A stretch of 64,000 nt of DNA from the human T2T-CHM13v2.0 reference genome, Homo sapiens. Shown here piece after piece: positions 13,361 through 31,291 of the stretch (position 1 is the stretch's first letter; each line of letters opens with the position of its first letter). The stretch lies in assembly GCF_009914755.1 (NCBI RefSeq), contig NC_060925.1, one strand, 5' to 3'. The notes under the pieces were generated by a model. The model saw nothing but the letters and a program-made list of their open reading frames with translations. It had not been told where the DNA came from and searched no databases. The translations under genes and the position numbers were made by a program.

Positions 13361-13489
13361 CCTCTGAGACAAAACTTCCAGAGGAACGATCAGGCAGCAA
13401 CATTTGCTGTTCACCAATATCCATTGTTCTGCAGCCGCCGCTGCTGATACCCAGGCAAACAGGGTCTGGAGTGGACCTCCAGTAAACTC
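13361..13489 (+). promoter_or_regulatory. ~129-bp L1 5'UTR segment carrying the ZNF93 binding site (absent from L1PA2/L1HS)
   Basis: Extra sequence between cacggccgggtact and cagacctgcagctg relative to the L1HS UTR. Confidence 0.75.
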
Positions 13490-13611
13490 CTACAGACCTG
13501 CAGCTGAAGGTCCTGACTGTTAGAAGGAAAACTAACAAACAGGACACCCACACCAAAACCCCATCTGTACGTCACCATCATCAAAGATCAAAGGTAGATA
13601 AAACCACAAAG

Positions 13612-14628
13612 ATGGGAAAAAAACAGAGCAGAAAAACTGGAAACTCTAAAAATCAGAGCGCTTCTCCTCCTCCAAAGGAACGCAGCTCCTCACCAGCAAT
13701 GGAAGAAAGCTGGACGGAGAATGACTTTGATGAGTTGAGAGAAGAAGGCTTCAGACGATCAAACTACTTTGAGCTAAAGGAGGAAGTGCAAACCCATGGC
13801 AAAGAAGTTAAAAACCTTGAAAAAAAATTAGACGAATGGCTAACTAGAATAACCAATGCAGAGAAGTCCTTAAAGGACCTGATGGAGCTGAAAACCATGG
13901 CACGAGAACTACGTGACGAATGCACAAGCCTCAGTAGCCGATTCAATCAACTGGAAGAAAGGGTATCAGTGATAGGAGATCAAATGAATGAAATGAAGCG
14001 AGAAGAGAAGTTTAGAGAAAAAAGAATAAAAAGAAACGAACAAAGCCTCCAAGAAATATGGGACTACGTGAAAAGACCAAATCTACTTCTGATTGGTGTA
14101 CCTGAAAGTGATGGGGAGAAGGGAACCAAGTTGGAAAACACTCTGCAGGATATTATCCAGGAGAACTTCCCCAAACTAGCAAGGCAGGCCAACATTCAAA
14201 TTCAGGAAATACAGAGAATGCCACAAAGATACTCCTCGAGAAGAACAACCCCAAGACACATAATTGTCAGATTCACCAAAGTTGAAATGAAGGAAAAAAT
14301 GTTAAGGGCGGCCAGAGAGAAAGGTCAGGTAACCCACAAAGGGAAGCCCGTCATACTAACAGCTGATCTCTCGGCAGAAACTCTACAAGCCAGGAGAGAG
14401 TGGGGGCCAATATTCAACATTCTTAAAGAAAAGAATTTTCAACCCAGAATTTCATATCCAGCCAAACTAAGCTTCATAAGTGAAGGAGAAATAAAATCCT
14501 TTACAGACAAGCAAATGCTGAGAGATTTTGTCACCACCAGGCCTGCTTTACAACAGCTCCTGAAGGAAGCACTAAACATGGAAAGGAACAACAGGTACCA
14601 GCCACTGCAAAAACATGCCAAATTGTAA
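13612..14628 (+). CDS. L1 ORF1p (RNA-binding chaperone), intact 338 aa
   Basis: Full-length ORF, MGKKQ...QKHAKL; REKG, ARR and YPAKLS motifs intact; R159L substitution. Confidence 0.95.
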   Translation: MGKKQSRKTGNSKNQSASPPPKERSSSPAMEESWTENDFDELREEGFRRSNYFELKEEVQTHGKEVKNLEKKLDEWLTRITNAEKSLKDLMELKTMARELRDECTSLSSRFNQLEERVSVIGDQMNEMKREEKFREKRIKRNEQSLQEIWDYVKRPNLLLIGVPESDGEKGTKLENTLQDIIQENFPKLARQANIQIQEIQRMPQRYSSRRTTPRHIIVRFTKVEMKEKMLRAAREKGQVTHKGKPVILTADLSAETLQARREWGPIFNILKEKNFQPRISYPAKLSFISEGEIKSFTDKQMLRDFVTTRPALQQLLKEALNMERNNRYQPLQKHAKL

Positions 14629-14691
14629 AGACCATCGAGGCTATGAAGAAACTGCATCAACTAACGAGCAAAATAACCAGCTAACATCATA

Positions 14692-18534
<3,843 letters not shown>

Positions 18535-18762
18535 ACAATGAGAATATTTGGACACAGGAAGGGGAACATCACACCCCGGGGCCTGTTGTAGGGTGGAAGG
18601 AGGAGGGAGGGATAGCGTTAGGAGATATAGCTAATGTAAATGACGAGTTAATGGGTGCAGCACACCAACATGGCACATGTATATATATATGACAAACCTG
18701 CACGTTGTGCACATGCACCCTAAAACTTAAAGTATAATTAAAAAAAGAAAAAAAGAAATACT

Positions 18763-20150
18763 TATTGAGTATCAGCTACGTGTTAGGCACTGTTCTAAGG
18801 ACAGCAAACAAGACAAAAATCTCGCCCTAATTGGGAGAGGGGGAACAGAAAACAAGCTAAGTAAAATATAGTATACTAGATGATGGTACGTGCTACAGAG
18901 AAAAATAAAGCAGGAAAGAAAGATACAGAATGCTGGGAGGTAGGGCAGATTGGGTATCAACTTAAAATAAGGAAGGCAGAGTAGACCTTACTGAGACAAC
19001 TAGGGGAGAAAAACGTGAAGATGGTAAGGGAATAAGCTGTCTAAATATCTGGGGGAAAAGCAATAGGAGGGAACAAGATGAGCAAGTGCAAAGACCCTGA
19101 AATGGTTATGTACCCAGCATGTCTGAGGAACTGAGAGGAGGCCAGTGTGTTACTGAAGCAATGAAAGGAAGTTAGATTAGTAATAGGAGATGAGGGGAGA
19201 GAGAGGTAATAAAGGGCCAGATGGCATAGGGCCTAGTAAGCCATTCTAAGGATTTTGGCTTTTATGTTTAATTCAGTGAGAGACCACTGAAGGGTTGTGA
19301 GCAGAGGAATAGCTTGACTTCACTTATGGGTTAAGAGGATCACTCTGGCTGCTAGGTTGAAAATAGAAGGAGTGATCAACTGTGCCACATGCTGCTGATA
19401 GGTCAGGTATGGTAAAGACTAAGAAATAGTCACTGGATTTAGCAAAGTGGAAGTCACTGGTTTTCCTGATAAGAACAGGAAGAATGGTGGAAGTGAACAT
19501 TTGAGATCAAGTGGGTTCAAGAGATTATGGGAAAGAAGGAATTAGAGTATAAAGAACTCTTTCATGGGATTTTGTTGTAAAAAGGAGGAAAGAAATGGGG
19601 CATTACATAAATGGGCAAGGGGCTAGAGGATAGCAGTATAACTGTATCCTGATGGAAATCTACACAGAAGAGAGAGAAAACTGATAATACAAAAACAAAA
19701 AAACAAAAACAGGGGTGGGGGGTTTAAATATGGAGTAAGATCCTTGAGCAGGATGAGATATAGTACACAAGCAGAGGGGAAGGCCTTAACCAGAAGCCCA
19801 GATAGTTCATCCACACTAATACAAAGGAAAGTGAACTATAAAAGCACAGATGCAGGTAAGTCAGTAGATATGGTAGTGAGAATTTGCGGAAGTTCTTTTT
19901 TAATGGCTCCTGTTTCATCAGTTAAATGGGAAGGAAGGTCACCAGCACAGAATGATGATGAGGATCGAGATATCTAAATTTTGAGGAGAGAAGAGAAAAT
20001 ATGAAAAAGTCATCTAACTGGTAGAGTTCATGGGATAAGGAAATGTAGTGTCACTGCTGAGATTAGTGGTTATAAACATGGAGTGAGCATGGTTGTGTAT
20101 TTTTTTCCAGCCATATTTAGCTGCTTGGGTGGAGGTTTGGAAGAGTAGAA
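18763..20150 (-). mobile_element. L2 (L2a-like) interrupted at its 3' tail by the L1PA4
   Basis: Joining 12607-12628 to 18763 onward restores attcattcattcaagaaatacttattgagtatcagctacgtgttaggcactgttcta, a typical antisense L2 3' end. Confidence 0.85.
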
Positions 20151-20254
20151 TTCATTTAAATATCTGCTTTCTGAAAGTCTACTATATACCAGGGACAAAG
20201 CAATAAACAAGCCAAGTTACAGTCTTTGCCTTTATGGAGTTTACAACGTAGTTT

Positions 20255-20580
20255 ACATATTGCAAAATAGAAACAACCTATATATCTTAACAGTGGAATG
20301 GCTACAAGTATAGTATACTGCAGGCATATTATACGATACTAGGTAGTCATAAGAAATTATGTTAAAAAGAATATGGATAAGAGAAAATATTAATAATAAA
20401 GTAGGTTATAAAACTATGTAGAGCATGGTCCCATTTTTGTTTTAAAATTGTATCTCTACCTACAGGAAAAAGATTTTAAAAACATGAGAATGAAAACAGG
20501 GATTATCTTGAGGATAATATTATAGATGACAAAGATTTTCTTTTGTTTGCATTATCAGTTTTCCCTATTTTCTGTATAGG
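20255..20580 (+). mobile_element. L1ME-like 3' fragment
   Basis: gcaaaatagaaacaaccta... and terminal ttttccctattttctgta pattern. Confidence 0.5.
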
Positions 20581-21033
20581 TTCCATCAGGATATAAATAT
20601 GCTGCTATCTCTCCAAACCTTAACCATCCCTCTAATGCCCCATTTCTCTCCTCTTTACAGCAAAATTCATGAAAGCGTTGTCTATACTCTAATTCCTCCT
20701 TCCCATTATCTCTTGAACCCACTTGAATCAGATGTTCACTTCCACTATTCTTCCTGTTATTTCAGGAAAACCAATCACTTGTTTTTGTAAAAATTTATAA
20801 AATACATTATTACTTTGTAATAAGAAAAAGTTACAGTTAAAATTTATTTTTATGCTCTCTGTGGTCATGGTATTGTTGGTACACTCTCTGAATTGGAATA
20901 CCATCTACACGCTTACAAACTTCTTCAGTGATTTAATTATTACTTAGCTGTTCCAAGGAAAAACTCATCAAACCGACTAAAATCATGGTTACTTATAAGT
21001 AGCTCTTTACAATTACAAGCATGATAGGCTTAC

Positions 21034-21186
21034 CTACCACTTCCCAATCCATTTCTTGTTTGCTGTGTTCCTCAGATCACCATGCCTAATTTGGAGCTTT
21101 TGTGTTCAGATGCTGTGGGCTGAAGTGTTCTACTGTTTAATGTGAAATGTTGAGATTTTTGATCTTTCAATTTAGGGAATGTCTAC
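21034..21186 (-). other. Candidate 153-nt exon (noncoding or 5'UTR)
   Basis: Minus-strand acceptor ttgatttctag|G and donor TAG|gtaagc. Confidence 0.35.
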
Positions 21187-22771
21187 CTAGAAATCAATTA
21201 GAGCAAGGACATGAACATAAGAACCATGACTCCAATTACAGAATTGACTGGCAAGTGGGGAATAGAAAGACAGGAGGCCAACCAGACTGTCCTCTAATTA
21301 GATTATCTATTCTGCCTTCCAAGAGTAGTAGAGAAAAGGATCAGTCTTTAAAAAAGATATCAAGATTTTTCAACTCTGAATTGTTTGTATGCGTCTAAGC
21401 ACTTTGATAAAGGATAGGTATTTGAGTGAAACAAAGAAAAGACAATTATCTTAAATTATTATCTAATCCAATTGTAGTGTTTAGGGACCCAAATGTAAGT
21501 TGTTCTTCTCTTACTCATTTTTTGTATGCCTAGCATACAATAGGCACTTAAGAAATATTCAATCATGAACATAATTATTTGGAATGATTATGACTCACTA
21601 ATATAAAGTCTGTTCAGCTTTAAATTATTATTAATAATTATCTTAAGTCTACTATAATACACTTACTATTATAATTATGATGCCTTAATAAACCACATCA
21701 CTATGTCTCTATAAAATCTTTATTCTATTAGTCTTCTTTGTGTGTTAAAATGGAATTGATATTAAAGCATGAGTATAAGCCCAAACATTTTTTCTCAATA
21801 ATCTCAGAATAGAATATAGGAACCTAAACCTTAGTCTTTGCAGACATTCTGTTTTAAAATATATTACAAAGAATAAATGGAATTGAATGTCAAGAATGAA
21901 TAAGTGAAAGCTTTTACTCATCTGGTTTACAACTTATATCAGCTAATTTTTCTAGATTTAAATTGATTGAATTTTTTTTGTTGTTTCATTTCAAATGACC
22001 ACACCAGAAAAGGTTGTTTGTCATGATTATTTATGTTTTTCCCTTCTGTTTATCTTAAAGGAAATGTTCAAATTTAATCAATATGAAGTTGTTATAAACA
22101 GCAGCAGAAACTATTCTAATGAATTAAAATAGGTTATATGTTTGAAATCTTTTAAATAGATGAAACATTAGGGTAAAATAAAAATACCCAACTGAATTAA
22201 AAATAAACAAAATTACATAATAGAGTTAAAATGTAAAAAAATTCAAGCATGCTTAAAATTGAAGCTATGAAAGCATAAAAACACATAACCTAAATACTTC
22301 AAATATTTAAAAAATCTTATAAAAAAAAGTTTATTCCACCTCCATATCCTGTTTCCAAATAAATATTAAAAACCTATAAGCAATATACATAAATGATAAA
22401 ATAATATACAAAGTTTAAAGACTCAGATTCTCAAACAAGGAAAGGCAAGAAGTACCCATAATCCTCCTAAATGATTCTTTACCATACCTTTAAAATGGTA
22501 GAGAATCATGGAAGCTCCCTTCCATTTGGCCTGTTTTTCTCTGTTCTGACTTATAGGATTCTAAACTATCACCCAATACTTTGAGACTGGATTCAAAAAC
22601 AGCTACTCCTCTTTATAAGTTTAAGCAGAACCTTCATCCTTCACAATCCTTACTTAAAACTGTCTCCCACGACCTCCTTCATCTTTTAACTGTATTATGT
22701 TTGTGTTCTTCTGCTCCTTTGAAGGTAAGGATCATGGTATAATTTAACTTTATAGACTACGATTTCTTTTA

Positions 22772-22971
<200 letters not shown>

Positions 22972-23639
22972 CTACTTGCAAGAAAAGTAAATATAGTTGG
23001 CATTTTCAAGTACCTGGAATAGGGCCCAGAGTAGGGAAAAAGTGCTGATGAGGACCATATTAGACACATTGTGACCAGTTGGCTCTGTATAGAAGAAGAA
23101 TTCTAGCTGGTCTGAGAAAGCAATGAAAGGCCTGTCTTTGACTATGAAATATGAGATGCAACAGAGGAAAAAGAGACTGAACAGTTAAAAAACAGCAAAG
23201 AATAAAGAGCATAAATGGGTAAGAGGCCAGCAGAGCCTAATGGTAATTAGAAGGAATGGGGTAGCAACAGTAGCAGGCAGCAGAAATTAGAAGCTATGAC
23301 ACAGGTGGCAACTTGTAGACATTTTAGACCACAGAGAATAGCCAGCCATAAAGAGGACTGGGCTGCATGCCAACCAGTAGGTTTTAGCAATTGCAAGAGA
23401 GAAAGAGAAGCTTCAGCCTTATGTCTCACACCAGCTATAAATACCCATGGTATAGTAAAATGATTTAAGAAGGAAGTAATGAAGTATGGAATATATTTTT
23501 AAAAAAGTATTTTGTAGAAAAACAGTTAAAAAATAAAAGGCAGAATGTAACTGTTCAGCTAACTGAAAAGAACACTTATCTAGAATGTTTAACCTTCCAG
23601 TGCTACAGAGTTGAGACTTCACTGCAGTAAAGAAAAAGG

Positions 23640-23800
23640 AGCAAACATTGACCGAATACCCATTGTGTGCTGGAAATTTTACAAACATCATTTCTTTTCA
23701 TTCTCACAACAACCCTATTATGTAAACACTATTATTCCCATTTTCAAAATGAGTAAAATGATGCTCAGAGACATTATATAACTTGCCTAAGGTCCCAGGC
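23640..23800 (-). mobile_element. MIR
   Basis: ctcacaacaaccct...cccattttcaaaatgag...gctcagaga...aacttgcctaaggtc core. Confidence 0.8.
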
Positions 23801-24429
23801 CCTTCTAACAACACAATCCGTATTTTCTCAACTCTGCTACTAGAAAAGAGAAAGGAGAATCAACACAGATAATACAAATAAAAAGAAATGCAGTTAAAAT
23901 TTTTTATTTTTTTCAGGTTAAAGACAATAGGTGGCCTAAGTTATGGTATCACATACAGCATGCTTGTGTAATTCCTATTACCAAAATCTCAAAACTGACA
24001 TATCATCAGAGAGTGAATAATCTTACTCTTCAACACTATACACTCTTCTTTACCTCTGCATCAGTTGATTGCTATACTTTTTCAAGTTATACATATTTTG
24101 AGAAGCTGGAGCTTAGTCTCTATATTTGTATTAATTTACCGAGCTGGTCTAGCATTCAAAGTTAGGTAAATAAGAACAAAGCCAAACTCTTTGAAGGGTG
24201 TCTTGCTTATTGCATACTGTTTCTATAACACTATTCAGTAAAAACTCAATATACCTTAATCCACTCTATTCTAAATCCCTTGATGGTGAATGACCAGAAG
24301 TAAAAAAGAGAAATCCAGGAAATAATTATTTTCATTCATATTCTCATTCATCTTTCACTTTTACAGTGAAAATTTACATAGTCTGTTAGGCCCACAAAAC
24401 AGTTCCTCCTCTACAGAAGGTGCTATGAA

Positions 24430-24960
24430 ATAGGCACTTTCATTAGTTGTTAGGAGCATACATTAGTATAAATCATTTAGAAAATGAAAAGATTTATAAA
24501 TCTTTTAGAAAAAATAAAATCATTTCCTTTCACTTAGCATTTCTAGAAAGGTATCCTAAAAATACTTCAAATATTTAAAAAACCTTATAAAAAAGTTTAT
24601 TCCAGTATTATCCAGAATAGCAAGGAATTAGAAACAATCTAAGTGTCCAACAACACAGGGAAAGTTGAGTCGATTATTACGCAGCAATTTCAAATGATGG
24701 TCATAAAACATTTATAACTTAGAACATCATTACAATATTATTAATGTAAAATGGAATTATAAAAAATGTTTTTATACTAAGATCTAAACTATATAAAGCA
24801 AGCAATTAAACCAAAAAGCACTGTATATTTAAAAATGTTTTAAAAACCTACCACAATGTAAACAGTATGTCTATATGTTTTTTTTAACTTTTCCGTATAT
24901 TCTGATATTTCTATTATGAACAAGTGCTATCTTTGTAATGAAAATTTTTAAAACCTTGAA
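24430..24960 (+). mobile_element. L1ME-like 3' fragment
   Basis: aatagcaaggaattagaaacaatctaagtgtccaacaa motif and a typical L1ME end. Confidence 0.65.
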
Positions 24961-24995
24961 ATTTTAAAGTTACATTGTTTTACAATGTAGCAAAA

Positions 24996-25031
24996 CCTAG
25001 CCTGTAGCAGCTCCCTAGCCTGTAGCAGCTC
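24996..25031. repeat. 18-bp tandem duplication
   Basis: cctagcctgtagcagctc x2. Confidence 0.95.
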
Positions 25032-25397
25032 CCTGAAAACCAGCAGCAAGTGCTGGAGATCTGAAATTCTGAAGCTAAAATTTTAGAAATCCCATTCAGC
25101 TTGAGAGATATGGTAAGCATACTGGATGAGGGATATAGGTAGCAAGTGTTGACAGGCTAGATCGGTTAGATCTAACAAGATGGAATTTAACAGACATAGA
25201 GAAAAGATCCCGTACCAAGGACCAAGTAGTCACAAACTACATCGTGGAGTAATCTTAGGAGAAACATAAATAGAAGATTTAGGGGCTTTAGTAGAGTGTG
25301 AGCTCAGTGAATTTTGATGTAGCTACTCAAAAGCAAATTAAATTTTAGAAATATATTAATAGGTACATACTATTAGAATGAGGAAAGTGATAGTGCT

Positions 25398-25793
25398 TGT
25401 GGTAGGCAGAAATCCAAAGTAAGCCCCAATGACCCAGGCCCTTGTATAATTCCCTTGCCTTGAGTGACGGTGGCACCAGTGAATGTGATGGGAAACCACT
25501 TTCATGATGGAGGGCAGAGATGGAATGGAGAGAGCTGGCCTCAAAGAAACAAATAGCCATGTTGACCATTTTGTGAACTGCCTAAGGAGAGGGATGGTGT
25601 CTAGGAATGAGGGCCTCAAGTAACTAAGAGGACTGCAAACTCTAGATGAGAATGAAGACTTATGAAGCCTTGAGCAGAGGAACCAGATAAGCCATGCCAT
25701 AATGCTTGACCCATGGAGACTGTGAGAAAACAAAAGTGTGTTAAGTTGCTAAATTTGTGGTAATTTATTATGCAGCAATAGAAAACTGATACA
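25398..25793 (+). mobile_element. MaLR solo LTR (MLT1E/D-like)
   Basis: tgtggtaggcaga start; gcagcaatagaaaactgataca end; 5-bp TSD gtgct/gagct. Confidence 0.85.
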
Positions 25794-26129
<336 letters not shown>

Positions 26130-26396
26130 CTATTCTTTTCTAGGGTCAGATAATTCCTGCAGTGTTAGTAGTAAAGAGCTGTGGGTGAAAAGTACCTTGA
26201 AAGATATACATAAAGAGCCTGAAATAGGCTTTGGCTGGATGGTAAAGTAACTTGAAATCATGTCATGTTAGGAACGAAAGACGAAATATCTGAAAACAAT
26301 AAAACTGTTTGCTTCTATACGGCTACACATTTTAGAAGTAGGAAGAGTATGAGAAAATTATAGGGAGTCAAACACTTAATTTTTCAACAGAAAGTG

Positions 26397-26609
26397 TTTT
26401 TTTTTTTTTTTTTTTTTGAGACAGAGTCATGCTTTGTCGGCTAGGCTGGAGTAAAGTGGCGTGATCTTGGCTCACTGCAGCCTCCCCCTCCCGGGGGTTG
26501 AAGCAATTCTCCTACCTCAGCCTCCCGAGTAGCAAGGATTAAAGCTGCCTGCCATCATGGCCAGCTAATTTAGTAGAAACAGGGTTTCACCATGTTGGCC
26601 CAGCTGGTA
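26397..26609 (-). mobile_element. 5'-truncated AluS
   Basis: Poly(T) plus right arm and part of the left arm. Confidence 0.9.
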
Positions 26610-26724
26610 GAAAGATCTTTTCAAACTTAAAACGGCTACCTTAATGTTCCTTCAATTCCCTATCCTTGAAAATTTTCAAGCTTAGATGGACGACTGATAA
26701 GCAGACACATATAAAGAGGTTCTA

Positions 26725-26999
26725 GGCCGGGTGCGGTGGCTCACGTCTGTAATCCCAGCACTTTGGGAGGCTGAGGCGGGTGGATCACGAGGTCAAGAGA
26801 TCAAGACCATCCTGGCTAACACGGTGAAACCCCATCTCTACTAAAAATACAAAAAATTAGCCGGGCGTGGTGGCGGGCGCCTGTAGCTACTCGGGAGGCT
26901 GAGGCAGGAGAATGGCGTGAACCTGGGAGGCGGAGCTTGCGGTGAGCCGAGATTGCGCCACTGGGTGACACAGCGAGACCCCGTCTCAAAAAAAAAAAA
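26725..26999 (+). mobile_element. AluY
   Basis: Y diagnostics (accatcctggctaacacgg, gagaatggcgtgaacc, ggagcttgc); TSD aaagag(g/a)ttcta; two small microhomology deletions. Confidence 0.93.
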
Positions 27000-28195
27000 G
27001 AGATTCTAAGCATTTCTAGATGGCCTGATTAATAATCTTGTCTCTCTCTTAGGCATTTCCATCTTTAAATACTGTATGTGTATAAAGAGGTACTTCTATT
27101 TACAGCATAAATATTTGCAGTGCCTAGTGTACTGTAGGCAGCCAATCAGTATTTGTTGAATGAATAAATGCACAAAAGAAAAATATAATGAAAGAAAAAA
27201 TGAGAATATTAATATCCTACGATCTAATTGCCTTTTAATGCTCCTTTTGGGCAAATTAAAAATAAAACCTTGATGGCAATGAAAGTAGCAGCGGCTATCT
27301 GTGGGAGAAAGAAGTATGTCTTTTTGTAGCAAATAAATCAACATAGAGAAGCGACAAGAGCTCTGGACTGTGAGTTTCAGTCTTGGCACTACCACTTTTG
27401 GTCCAAAAAATGAACGGAAATGATCAGTCCTGGGGTTCAGGCTGAGTTAGAAGGCATGTTGAGGCAGGAAGAAGTGTAGGATCAGGAGAACTGAGGAAAT
27501 GGGAGCTATTAAGAGTATTAAGATCTAGAGAAGTTTCAGAATTTGAGGTTGTGACAGGAAGCAAGCTCAAAGATGTTAAGTGTTCAAGTAAGTTAAAATG
27601 GAGTATAAATGAATGTAGCCAGGGTTGAGGGGTTTTCACAGACCAAGGATTGGTAGGTGTTAGTATGAATGCTGAAGTGTCTGAATAAGGATAGCTTTAG
27701 ATAGAATGGAGAAGTAAATTGTAAGCCTGCCCCTCCATTAATTAAAAATCCAGTCCAAACAGCTATCAATTTTTAAACAGTCTAATTCATTTTTTTGATA
27801 TACAAATGTTCCTTATTTCTTGTCTGCTATATTCCATAGCCTTCTAAACCTTTATTTTCTACTTATTCAACTGCTTTTACTAAGAACTTATGACAAACTT
27901 ATTAGGCAACATATCAACAAATAAAATCTGAATAAGCTTTCTTTTTGCTCTTATAATTTTTTTCTCTCAGGTTAATAGGACAAAATATCATTAGGAATCA
28001 AAAATATAACAGAATATTACCCTTTTCACTAAAAATGTTATTCACAGCATTTATAGGCGAAGGGGCAATTTTTTCCTGAGTTTTTTTTAACCCATTTTAG
28101 GATGTTGCGAGAGCAGTATCACTTGTTTAATATAACTTTGTATCCTTTATTTAACTTAATTTTTCTTATAAAGTCAGCTTTTATTTACTTATAAA

Positions 28196-28664
28196 AAAAT
28201 AGAACGCTTCACGAACTTGCATGTCAGGGGCCATGCTAATCTTCTCTGTATCGTTCCATTTTTTTAGTATAATAAAAAATATAAATAAAAAATTTTAATT
28301 TCTTTTTTTTTTTGGAAACGTCTCGCTCTGTCGCCCAGGCTGGCTTGCGGGCGATCTCGGCTCACTGCAAGCTCCGCCTCCCAGGTTCACGCCATTCTCC
28401 TGCCTCAGCCTCCGGAGTAGCTGGGACTACAGGCACCCGCCACCACGCCTGGCTAATTTTTTGTATTTTTAGTAGAGATGGGGTTTCACCGTGTTAGCCA
28501 GGATGGTCTCAATCTCCTGACCTCGTGATCCGCCTGCCTCGGCCTCCCAAAATGCTGGGATTACAGGCGTGAGCCACCGTGCCCAGCCTTTTAATTTCTT
28601 TAGTATAAAAAAAAAATAAAATTTTTTTAGTATAATAAATTTTATGTGTTGCCAAAGCAACCAC
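28196..28664 (-). pseudogene. Full-length U6 snRNA retropseudogene (RNU6-type), split by an AluY
   Basis: 28196-28271 is the revcomp of the U6 3' part (ACAGAGAAGATTAGCATGGCCCC...GTGAAGCGTTC); 28643-28664 is the revcomp of the U6 5' end; TSD taaagt(c/t)agctttt at 28169-28182 and 28665-28678. Confidence 0.93.
28303..28588 (-). mobile_element. AluY inserted in the U6 copy
   Basis: Y diagnostics (gcaagctccgcc, ttcacgccattctcc, gtgttagccaggatgg); TSD ttttaatttct. Confidence 0.95.
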
Positions 28665-28996
28665 TAAAGTTAGCTTTTAAAAATGGATTTAATTTTTCCA
28701 TTAAAGATGGGCTTTGTTAGAGTCGTATGACCTTGTTTATTAGTGGGCCTTTCTCTTTAATATTGTTTTATCCTGAAATAAATCACTTCCTATTCTTGTT
28801 AGCTTCTCTTTCTATCCTGCATAGAGTTTTTATTAATGTTTCAAATCCTCTTTGGTTTTTCCTCTAAATGTCACTGTAAAACTGATTTTTTTCTCAAGTC
28901 TTGAAACCTTTAAGCTATCATAAAATCACGTAAATATTTTTTTTTCTATTTGTATTCTAATTTCCTCCTCCTAACAACTGCATAATTTTGATGTAA

Positions 28997-29403
<407 letters not shown>

Positions 29404-30241
29404 TAAGAGACCCTAGTTCAGGTATTTGAGAAATCGATCTATATTTTCTATTGTTACCGAAACACAAATCCTTGGTCAATTCAACATCAATAACCAAAAT
29501 TAATACAAGGGTATCTTCACTGGTATTCCTTCCTATTCCCTTTCTCCCTAGTAACAGTACACTGTTACTAATCACTCTAAAAAATTCCTTATAGTCCTCA
29601 TTTAAAACACACCCACACTCACCCAAATTCCTTACTCTGAGTATTTATGGCTTCCATAGTCTGCCCGAGCTGTTTCTGCTACCTATCCCTTTCCACACCT
29701 CAGCATCCTTCAAATATCACCTAGCCTTTACAGTACAAGATAGGCCACAATTCATAACTGAAGATGTCTCCAACTACGGTGCTCCCTAGTAATCTCTCCC
29801 TTTTTTTCCTATTACCTCTTCCAATGCACTTGCAGATGATCTCTCATTATGGGATTTGGTTATAGTCTGGCTCATAATTGTTCTTTAATAATTTAACGAG
29901 TTTTCTACTGTCTCAGATAGTAAGCGATGTCAGGGCAGGAACCACAGTTTGTACCTCTTGTGTCTCCTAATGTCTTGTTGCATCCAGGTCATGGAGTAAG
30001 TATTTAATAAAATATTTGAGTTAAATTTAATAATTTCAGGGCTGTTACTTTTCCTATGTTTATATTGCTGATTTTATTCTTATGGTAATCTGTATGCAGA
30101 ATTTCTAGTAACTACTCTTAACCATAATAAATAATCCTATGAAATATAATATAGGTGAATTGCAGATATCTATTTCCATAGAAAACTGATAAAAATATAT
30201 AGGTTTATTCTCAATCTAGACATCTTTATGTCATTCTATAG

Positions 30242-30596
<355 letters not shown>

Positions 30597-30631
30597 GATA
30601 TTACGTTTTTTTTTTTTTTTTTTGATAGGGC

Positions 30632-31267
30632 ATTGAGATACCACTTCACATCTCTATTAAGATGGCTAGTATCAAAAACACAGAAAATGACAAGTGTTGG
30701 CTAGGATTTGGGGAAAGTGGAACCTTCAAGTATTGCTAATGAGAATGTAAAATGGTGCACCTGCTGTGAAAATGGCTTGGCAATTCCTCAACAAATTAAA
30801 CAGAGAATGATCCAGTAATTCCACTTTCCAGAATTGAAAGCAGGGACTTGAACAGGTATTTTTATATCCATGTTCACAGTGGCATCATATACAATAACCA
30901 AAAGGTGGGAACAATATGCATATCCATCAGCAGATGAAAGGATAAACAAAATATGGTATATACATACAAAGTGAGTATTATTTGGCCTCAAAAAGGAATG
31001 CAATTCTGACACATGCTACAACATAAACCTTGAAGACATTATGCTAAATAAAATAAGCCAGACACAAAAGGACAAATGTGCTACAATTCCATTTACATGA
31101 GGTACATGTAGTCAAATTCAGAGAGACAGAAAGTAGAATTATGGTGGCCAGGAGGCGGGGTGGGGATAACGGGCATTTATTGTTTAATGAGCACAGACTT
31201 TCAGTTTGGGAAGATAAAAAAGTTCTGGAGATAGACGATGGTAATGATTGCACAACAATGTGAATGG
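30632..31267 (+). mobile_element. L1MB (L1MB2/3-like) 3' fragment
   Basis: gaattgaaagcagggac and tgaagacattatgctaa...aaaagttctggagat motifs. Confidence 0.85.
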
Positions 31268-31291
31268 ATGAATAAATGAATGCTTTATTGT

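Noticed and set aside
30605-31267. Poly(T) abutting a sense L1MB fragment as a twin-priming inversion
   Set aside because: No matching TSD at the far end; the T-run plus gataggg looks more like a leftover Alu tail.
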